Of a stretch of 64,000 nucleotides of DNA, positions 57,432 through 64,000 are shown piece by piece. Positions within the stretch are counted from its first letter, which is position 1, and each line of letters begins with the position of its first letter. The stretch comes from Neorhizobium sp. Lineage in GTDB: Bacteria > Pseudomonadota > Alphaproteobacteria > Rhizobiales > Rhizobiaceae. The notes beneath the pieces were generated by a model. The model worked only from the letters and a program-made list of their open reading frames with translations, had not been told where the DNA came from and made no database searches. Location of the stretch: the NCBI GenBank assembly GCA_028283725.1, contig JAPWKC010000002.1:341025-405024 (forward strand). The letters are read 5' to 3'. The translations under genes and the position numbers were made by a program.

Positions 57432-58811
57432 ATGGATTACCGAATAAATTCGTCAACAGACAGCAAGGCCGGTGGCGCGACGACCTCGTCTTCGAGCAGT
57501 CACGTCCGCTACTGGATGCTTGCGCTGATCATGCTGCTCTCGACGATTGCCTATGCCGACCGCTCCGTTCTATCGATCGCCGGATCGGGCATCCGCGACG
57601 AATTCGGCCTGACGCCGATCCAGCTCGGTTACATTCTCTCGGCTTTCAGCTGGGCCTATGTTCTCGGCCAGATCCCCGGCGGGCTTTTGCTCGACCGTTT
57701 CGGAACCCGCGCCGTCTATGGAACGACCGCGATCTTATGGTCGATCGCGACATTTGCCGTCGGCTTCGTCGGCGAACTGACGGCCGATGTAACAGCTGCC
57801 GTCGTCCTTCTTTTTGCGCTGCGGTTCGCTCTGGGCTTCATCGAGGCTCCCGGATTTCCAGCCAATGCGCGTCTGACGCTGATGTGGTTTCCGAAGGAGG
57901 AGCGCGGATTTCCCTCGGCAACTTTCTCCTCGGCATCGTATTTCGCCGTCGCGATCTTCTCGCCGCTGTCGGGGTATCTTGTTTCCAAACTCGGCTGGCC
58001 GGCGCCGTTCTTCCTGTTGGGTGTGGCCGGCGCCGTCGCTGCCGTCCTGTGGTTCGCTTTCATGCGGGAGCCGCGCCAGCATCCCAATGTCAGCAACAGC
58101 GAGCTGGATCACATCATGAAGGGTGGCGGTCTCATCGATATCGATGCGTCCAAAACCCGTTCCGAAGCCGGCCTTCCGTCCGGCGCCCTCATCAAGTCCT
58201 TGCTCAGCCGGCGGATGCTGTGGTGCGCCTATCTTGGCCAATACTGTGCCGTCGCGCTCAGCTATTTCTTCATCACGTGGTTCCCCATCTATCTGGTGAA
58301 GGATCGCGGGATGGATATCCTGAATGCCGGCTTTGCCGCCGTGGCGCCGTCGCTGTTCGGATTTGCCGGCGGTATCCTCGGCGGCTACCTCTCCGACCTT
58401 CTCGTCAAGCGGGGCTTCAGTCTCTCGCTTGCCCGCAAGATCCCGTTTGTCGGCGGAATGCTGCTTGCAACGACGCTCGTCTGTGCCGCCCTCACCGATA
58501 GCAATACGATGATCATCGCCATCATGACCTTCGCCTTTTTCGGCAAGGGGATCGCGGCCGGTGCCGGCACCTGGACACTGGTCAGCGACACCGCGCCGCG
58601 CGAGGCCGTCGGCTTTGCCGGCTCGATCTTCAACTGCGTCGGCAATATCGCAGGCATCGTCACGCCGATCATCTTCGGCTACATCGTTGCAGGGACCGGA
58701 AGCTATGAGATCGGACTTTTCTTCGTCGGCGGCCATTGTCTGATCGCCGCACTTCTCTACGCTTTCGTCATGGGGCCGATCGTCCGCGTCGAGGACAAGG
58801 CCGCGATATGA
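57432..58811 (+). CDS. MFS transporter, ACS family (galactonate/glucarate-like)
   Basis: AYADRS, SAFSWAYV.GQIPGG.LLDRFG, WFPKEERG, FFITWFP.YL; RBS GAGGAA. Confidence 0.9.
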   Translation: MDYRINSSTDSKAGGATTSSSSSHVRYWMLALIMLLSTIAYADRSVLSIAGSGIRDEFGLTPIQLGYILSAFSWAYVLGQIPGGLLLDRFGTRAVYGTTAILWSIATFAVGFVGELTADVTAAVVLLFALRFALGFIEAPGFPANARLTLMWFPKEERGFPSATFSSASYFAVAIFSPLSGYLVSKLGWPAPFFLLGVAGAVAAVLWFAFMREPRQHPNVSNSELDHIMKGGGLIDIDASKTRSEAGLPSGALIKSLLSRRMLWCAYLGQYCAVALSYFFITWFPIYLVKDRGMDILNAGFAAVAPSLFGFAGGILGGYLSDLLVKRGFSLSLARKIPFVGGMLLATTLVCAALTDSNTMIIAIMTFAFFGKGIAAGAGTWTLVSDTAPREAVGFAGSIFNCVGNIAGIVTPIIFGYIVAGTGSYEIGLFFVGGHCLIAALLYAFVMGPIVRVEDKAAI

Positions 58812-58862
58812 ATGCCGCCGGATGAAGTGTCGTCTTACAAGCCGACCTTACAAAACCGACCA

Positions 58863-58886
58863 TGAGCCGCCGGAAACGGCGGCTCA
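58863..58886 (+). terminator. Intergenic hairpin with GAAA tetraloop (mRNA stabiliser or terminator)
   Basis: TGAGCCGCCG-GAAA-CGGCGGCTCA; no U-tract. Confidence 0.5.
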
Positions 58887-58910
58887 AGACCCGAACCAAG
58901 GATTGAGACG

Positions 58911-59864
58911 ATGAGCGATATGACCGGCCGGATAAAGATCCTTCAATATGCACATTTGCCGGAGCCCATCCAGGCCGGTCTGGACGGGCTTTTCGATGTC
59001 ACGCGGATGCCCGAAAGCGAAGCCGAACATATGGCATTCCTTGGCGAATATGGCAGCCAGTTTCGCGGCATCTGTGTCCGCCATGCGCATATCGATGCCG
59101 CGATGCTCGATCTCATGCCCAATCTGGAGGTGATCTCCAGCTACAGCGCCGGGCTCGACGGCATCGATATCGATGCGGCCAGGGCAAGAGGCATCGCGAT
59201 ATACAATACGTCCGAAATCCTCGCCGAGGACGTGGCCGATCTCGCCCTGGTGCTGGCGCTCTCGGTCACGCGCGGCACGATCCGCGGCCATGATTTCGTC
59301 CGGACCGGCGAATGGGAACGTTCGACCTTTCCGCTCGGACGCTCGATCCGCTCGCTCAATACCGGTGTCGTCGGCCTTGGCCATATCGGCGCTTCGGTCG
59401 CCCGTCGCTTCGCCGCGATGGGTGCGCCGCTTGCCTATTACGGCCCACGCAAGAAACCGGCCGATTATCGCTATTTCGACAAGGTCGAGGATCTGGCCGA
59501 GTGGGCCGATCTCTTGATCGTCACCTGCCCGGCAACGGATGAGACCTACCGGATGATCAATGCTGCCGTCCTTCAGAAACTTGGCCCCGGCGGCTTTCTC
59601 GTCAATGTCTCGCGTGGCACCGTGGTCGACGAGACGGCACTGATTGCAACGCTTGCGGCAGATGGCATTGCCGGCGCGGCTCTCGACGTTTTTGAGGCCG
59701 AACCGCAGGTGCCTGCGGCCCTGCGTTCCGATGCGAGAGTGGTGCTTTCGCCGCATATGGGCAGCGGCACGACCGAGACACGCAACCAGATGGGCGAACA
59801 GATGATCCAAGCGCTCGTCGCGTTCTTTTCAGAGCGCGGTGACGAGGCCCGGCTGCAGGCCTGA
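58911..59864 (+). CDS. D-2-hydroxyacid dehydrogenase
   Basis: GVVGLGHIG, VNVSRG, LDVFEAEP, SPHMGS. Confidence 0.92.
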   Translation: MSDMTGRIKILQYAHLPEPIQAGLDGLFDVTRMPESEAEHMAFLGEYGSQFRGICVRHAHIDAAMLDLMPNLEVISSYSAGLDGIDIDAARARGIAIYNTSEILAEDVADLALVLALSVTRGTIRGHDFVRTGEWERSTFPLGRSIRSLNTGVVGLGHIGASVARRFAAMGAPLAYYGPRKKPADYRYFDKVEDLAEWADLLIVTCPATDETYRMINAAVLQKLGPGGFLVNVSRGTVVDETALIATLAADGIAGAALDVFEAEPQVPAALRSDARVVLSPHMGSGTTETRNQMGEQMIQALVAFFSERGDEARLQA

Positions 59865-59952
59865 TATACCCGAGCCAGCGCTGCCATTGGCAAATCACCG
59901 CTGAAGCATTACTACTTCGACACGTGCGAATTGAATGTGAAGGTGGAGTGAA

Positions 59953-60663
59953 TTGCCGCGGGAAGCGCCGACAGTCAAGATGATCCGGTCCGATCTCGAT
60001 CGGACGCGCCAGATCGCGCCGCAAATCCTCGAGCATCTGCGCGAACGGATTCTCTCGCTCGACCTCAGGCCTGGCACTCCGCTGTCGCGGGCCGAGTTGC
60101 AGCAGCAATTCGGCTCCAGCCAGACGCCGGTGCGCGATGCGCTGATGAAGCTCGAGGAAGAGGGGCTGGTCACGGTCTACCCGCAATATGCGACGCTGGT
60201 ATCGAAGATCGACGTCGATCTCGCCCGCCAGGCGCATTTCATGCGCAGGGCAGTCGAGCAGGAAGCGGTTTTCACCATCGCCTCGTCGTCCGAGGCCAAG
60301 GCCGTCGGCGACCGTCTGGCGCTTGCCACCGAGACATTGGCCAAACTTTCCGAGACGACGCAGCAGGGTGCATTCTCCGATGCTGACCGCGCTTTCCACT
60401 GGATCATTTTCGAGGCGGCGCGGATCGAACATCTATGGCCGATCATCCGGCGTCACAGCGGCCATATCGATCGTCTGCGGCGTCTGGATCTTTCGGCTCA
60501 TGGCAAGCAGCGCATCATCGATGCCCATGCCGAAATCGTCGATGCCGTGCGCTCCGGCAAACCGGAAACAGCGGAAATGGCGATGAAGCGGCATCTCTCG
60601 GGCACATTGTCCGCAATCGAGGAGATCGCCACGCAATTTCCCGATTATCTTCAGTTGCGCTGA
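59953..60663 (+). CDS. GntR (FCD) transcriptional regulator
   Basis: SQTPVRDALMKLEEEGLV.VYPQ..T, DRAFH, HIDRLRRL; TTG start. Confidence 0.9.
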   Translation: MPREAPTVKMIRSDLDRTRQIAPQILEHLRERILSLDLRPGTPLSRAELQQQFGSSQTPVRDALMKLEEEGLVTVYPQYATLVSKIDVDLARQAHFMRRAVEQEAVFTIASSSEAKAVGDRLALATETLAKLSETTQQGAFSDADRAFHWIIFEAARIEHLWPIIRRHSGHIDRLRRLDLSAHGKQRIIDAHAEIVDAVRSGKPETAEMAMKRHLSGTLSAIEEIATQFPDYLQLR

Positions 60664-60686
60664 GCCTGCGTTTCAGCGGGTATTGG

Positions 60687-60721
60687 AAAAAGCACGGCAC
60701 CGATGGTGCCGTGCTTTTTTT
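60687..60721. terminator. Bidirectional rho-independent terminator
   Basis: AAAAAGCACGGCACC-gat-GGTGCCGTGCTTTTTTT between convergent genes. Confidence 0.85.
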
Positions 60722-60745
60722 GTCTGATCGAACGAACGTCTGCGA

Positions 60746-62260
60746 TCAGCCGAGATCGTCCGGCAGGACGGCGGCCGGAATGTTCTGATAGCTCACCGGG
60801 CGCAGAAAGCGGCGGATCGACATGGTGCCGACGGAGGTTGCGCCGAAATTGGTGCTGGCCGGGTAGGGGCCGCCATGAACCATGGAATCCACCACTTCGA
60901 CGCCGGTCGGAAAGCCGTTGACGAGAACGCGGCCGGCCTTGCGCTCCAGAACCGGTAGGAGCTTGCGGGCAAGCGCGGTGTCGCCATCGACCATCTGCAT
61001 GGTCGCCGTCAACTGGCCTTCGAAACCCTTGGCAAGTTTGACCATGTCGTCGCCCGCCGAAACCCGCACGACGAGACCGAGCGGACCGAACACCTCTTCC
61101 GAAAGCGCATGATCTTCCATGAAGGCTTCCGCATCGACCTCGTAGAGGTTGGGTGAGCATTCGCGGCCATTACTCTCCGTCGTGTAGACGGCGCGCACCG
61201 AGTTGCGCTCGTCGAACCGGGCCTTGCCGTCGCGATAGGCGGATGCCATGCCGTTGGTCAACATCACCTGCGGGCCGACCTTCTTCAGCCCCTCGGCCGT
61301 GGCCGAGATGAACCGATCGCCGGCATCGCCCTTCGGCACGACGGCGATGCCAGGATTGGTGCAGAACTGGCCCGCGCCCATCGTAAGCGAGCCCGCCCAG
61401 CCGGCGCCCAGATCGGCCGCCTTCTCGTTGAGCGCCTCCGGCAGTACGAACATTGGATTGACCGAGCCGAGTTCGCCGAAGAACGGGATCGGCTCCGGCC
61501 GCTGGGCGCAAAGGTCGAACAGAGCCCGGCCACCGCCGAGAGAACCGGTGAAGCCGACCGCCTTGATGAATGGATGCTGCACCAGCGCATGACCGACATC
61601 GCGGCGACCACCCTGGATCAGCGAAAAGACGCCGGGATGAATACCGGTCTTCTTGATCGCGGCATCTATCGCTTCGGCGACGATCTCGCTGGTGCCGGGA
61701 TGGGCTGAATGCGCCTTGACGACGACGGGGCAACCGGCCGCAAGGGCTGCGGCTGTGTCGCCACCGGCCGTCGAAAACGCGAGCGGGAAGTTCGAGGCGC
61801 CGAAGACGGCAACCGGGCCGATCGGCCGCTGCATCAGGCGCAGTTCCGGGCGGGGAGCCGGCTTGCGATCCGGCTGCTCGGCATCGTGACGACGGTCGAG
61901 ATACTCGCCCTTGGCGATATGATCGGCAAAAAGGCGCAGCTGGCCCGTGGTGCGGCCGCGTTCACCCTGAAGGCGTGCGTGAGGCAGTCCCGTCTCGGCG
62001 CTGCCGATCTCGGTGATCGCCTCGCCGCGCGCCTCGATCTCGTCGGCGATGGCATTCAGAAAGGCGGCCCGCTCTGCGCGGGTGGAATAACCGTAGGTCC
62101 AGAATGCCTCCTCCGCCGCCTCGCAGGCACGGTTGACGAGATCGACATTGCCGACGGAAAACGAGAAGACCTCGCCATGCGCCGGTTCATTGTCGAACCT
62201 GTCCTTGGTCTCGGTCCACTCGCCCGCGATCAGGTGGCGTCCGTGCGGTTTGAAAGTCAT
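60746..62260 (-). CDS. NADP-dependent aldehyde dehydrogenase (alpha-ketoglutarate semialdehyde dehydrogenase type)
   Basis: FGASNFPLAFSTAGGD, FTGS, ELGSVNP, GQFCTNPG, EEVFGP, HGGPYPAST. Confidence 0.92.
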   Translation of the reverse strand: MTFKPHGRHLIAGEWTETKDRFDNEPAHGEVFSFSVGNVDLVNRACEAAEEAFWTYGYSTRAERAAFLNAIADEIEARGEAITEIGSAETGLPHARLQGERGRTTGQLRLFADHIAKGEYLDRRHDAEQPDRKPAPRPELRLMQRPIGPVAVFGASNFPLAFSTAGGDTAAALAAGCPVVVKAHSAHPGTSEIVAEAIDAAIKKTGIHPGVFSLIQGGRRDVGHALVQHPFIKAVGFTGSLGGGRALFDLCAQRPEPIPFFGELGSVNPMFVLPEALNEKAADLGAGWAGSLTMGAGQFCTNPGIAVVPKGDAGDRFISATAEGLKKVGPQVMLTNGMASAYRDGKARFDERNSVRAVYTTESNGRECSPNLYEVDAEAFMEDHALSEEVFGPLGLVVRVSAGDDMVKLAKGFEGQLTATMQMVDGDTALARKLLPVLERKAGRVLVNGFPTGVEVVDSMVHGGPYPASTNFGATSVGTMSIRRFLRPVSYQNIPAAVLPDDLG

Positions 62261-62323
62261 CGAAAACTCCTTTTCCCATTTCGATAAGGCTTTGCGGGCT
62301 GAAGAGCCCGCGCCGCAAACCGG

Positions 62324-63052
62324 TCAGCGCCCGTTTTTCAGGCGCCAGGCTTCGTACTTCTCCTTGTACTCGTCCTTGGTCTGCGGATAGAGGCCGATAA
62401 TAGCCTCGCCTGCCTTGACCTGTTCAAGCACAAAATCCTCGTAGCTCTCCATTCCCTGGCATTCCTCGGCGATTTCGTCGGCCAGATGCGCCGGAACCAC
62501 CATAACGCCGTCACGGTCGCCCACCATCACGTCGCCGGGAAAGACGGCCACGTCGCCGCAGGAGATCGGCACATTGATATCCATCGCCTCATGCAGCGTC
62601 AGATTGGTCGGGGCCGAAGGGCGGGCGTGATAGGAGGGCATATCGAGCGCGCCGATGCCTGCCGCATCGCGGAAACCGCCGTCGGAGACGACACCGGCTG
62701 CCCCGCGCAGTGCAAGCCGGGTAATGAGGATCGAGCCGGCCGAGGCGGCGCGGGCATCCTTTCGGGCATCCATCACCAGCACATGACCGGGCGGGCAGGT
62801 TTCCATCGCCACCCGCTGCGGATGGTCGGCATTGCGAAAGACGGTGATCGGATTGCGGTCTTCGCGCGCCACGATATAGCGGAGCGTAAAGGCTTGCCCG
62901 ACCATGGTTTCCGGCTTGGGAGAGACCGGCACGACGCCCTGGATGAACTGATTGCGCAGGCCGCGCTTGAAAAGCGCAGTGGCAATCGAGGCCGTCGAGA
63001 TCTTCTTGAACTTGGCGCGCGTGGCGTCGGAGAGAACGTAGTCAGTCATCAC
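62324..63052 (-). CDS. RraA/HMG-aldolase family protein
   Basis: MVGQAFTLRY..ARED, DGGFRD, CGDVAVFPGD..VGDRDGV. Confidence 0.88.
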   Translation of the reverse strand: MMTDYVLSDATRAKFKKISTASIATALFKRGLRNQFIQGVVPVSPKPETMVGQAFTLRYIVAREDRNPITVFRNADHPQRVAMETCPPGHVLVMDARKDARAASAGSILITRLALRGAAGVVSDGGFRDAAGIGALDMPSYHARPSAPTNLTLHEAMDINVPISCGDVAVFPGDVMVGDRDGVMVVPAHLADEIAEECQGMESYEDFVLEQVKAGEAIIGLYPQTKDEYKEKYEAWRLKNGR

Positions 63053-63057
63053 TCACC

Positions 63058-64000
63058 TCAGAAAATATCGGGTTCGCCCGCGTTGCGGCCGAAATCGGTT
63101 TGCAGGAAGTCGAAATCGCAGCCCTGATCGGCCTGCGTCACATGACGGGAGAACATCCAGCCATAGCCGCGCTGGAAGCGCGGTTCCGGGGGCGTCCAGG
63201 ACGCGCGACGGCGCTCGATCTCTTCCTTGTCGACGAGCATGTCGAGGCGGCGTGCCGGAAGGTCGAGCCGGACGATATCGCCAGTCTTCAGAAGCGCCAG
63301 CGGGCCGCCGACATAGCTCTCCGGCGAGACATGCAGCACGCAGGCACCGTAGGACGTGCCGGACATGCGCGCATCCGAGATCCGCAGCATGTCACGGTGG
63401 CCCTGTTTGATCAGCGCCTTTGGGATCGGCAGCATGCCCCATTCGGGAAAGCCGGGTCCGCCCTGCGGCCCGGCATTGCGCAGAACCAGAACATGATCGG
63501 GCGTGACGTCGAGATATTCGTCGTCGATCGCCTTCTTCATCTCCGGGTAGCTGTCGAAGACGAGCGCCGGGCCCTCGTGGACATGGTATTTCGGATCGCA
63601 GGCCGCCGGCTTGATGACGGCACCATCGGGACACAGATTGCCGCGAACGACGGCAAGCGAGCCTTGGTGGTAGACCGGGTTGGAGAGCGGCCTGATCACA
63701 TCGTCATTGTAGACCTTGGCGCCTTGGAGGTTGTCGCCCATGGTCCGGCCGGTCACGGTCATGACGGTCAGGTCGAGGCGATCCTCGATCTGCTTCATCA
63801 GCGCGCGCAGGCCGCCGGCGTAGTAGAAATCCTCCATCAGGTAATCTTTTCCCGAGGGGCGAACATTGGCGATCAGCGGCGTGACGCGGCCGAGTTCGTC
63901 GAGATCGTCGAGGGTGAGCGCGACATCCGCGCGGCGCGCCATGGCGATCAGGTGGACGACGGCATTGGTGGAACAGCCGGTCGCCATGGCAACGATCGCG
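63058..64000 (-). CDS. araD: IlvD/Edd-family sugar-acid dehydratase (L-arabinonate dehydratase-like), 3' part
   Basis: GCSTNAVVHL, GNLCPDGAVIK, DARMSGTSYG, ADQGCDFDF; N-terminus lies outside the window. Confidence 0.82.
   Translation of the reverse strand, partial: AIVAMATGCSTNAVVHLIAMARRADVALTLDDLDELGRVTPLIANVRPSGKDYLMEDFYYAGGLRALMKQIEDRLDLTVMTVTGRTMGDNLQGAKVYNDDVIRPLSNPVYHQGSLAVVRGNLCPDGAVIKPAACDPKYHVHEGPALVFDSYPEMKKAIDDEYLDVTPDHVLVLRNAGPQGGPGFPEWGMLPIPKALIKQGHRDMLRISDARMSGTSYGACVLHVSPESYVGGPLALLKTGDIVRLDLPARRLDMLVDKEEIERRRASWTPPEPRFQRGYGWMFSRHVTQADQGCDFDFLQTDFGRNAGEPDIF

Noticed and set aside
58834-58860. Tandem near-duplication CTTACAA(g/aa)CCGAC
   Set aside because: Only two imperfect copies; probably local slippage with no functional evidence.

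Overview
GC-rich alphaproteobacterial DNA, probably from a Rhizobiaceae member (lpxQ, fused phaAB, Rhizobium-type MCP). It is densely coding; I saw no rRNA, tRNA, CRISPR array, transposase or phage genes. In order: (1) an exported molybdo-dehydrogenase cluster (cytochrome c, IorB/IorA-like, flavodoxin, CMD-cupin); (2) an ECF16 SigF/NrsF module with a Met-rich periplasmic peptide, an MsrPQ-like pair and three matching promoters; (3) a partial cfa/DUF1295/DUF2147/DUF2177 cluster; (4) the most unusual locus: a divergent TPR/ATP-grasp enzyme, lpxQ, DUF2026 and a 2359-aa protein made entirely of about 295 Ser/Thr-rich 8-residue repeats in 56/80-aa super-modules, with no signal peptide or other domain; (5) a pxp/lactam operon with a biotin carboxylase; (6) a yxeK/yxeQ-like ABC cluster; (7) a diguanylate cyclase, an unannotated 55-aa membrane protein and a TctDE-like-linked ABC transporter; (8) the pha antiporter operon, an MCP and efeUOB(M); (9) sugar-acid catabolic genes. 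Family calls come from motif recognition by eye, not database searches.
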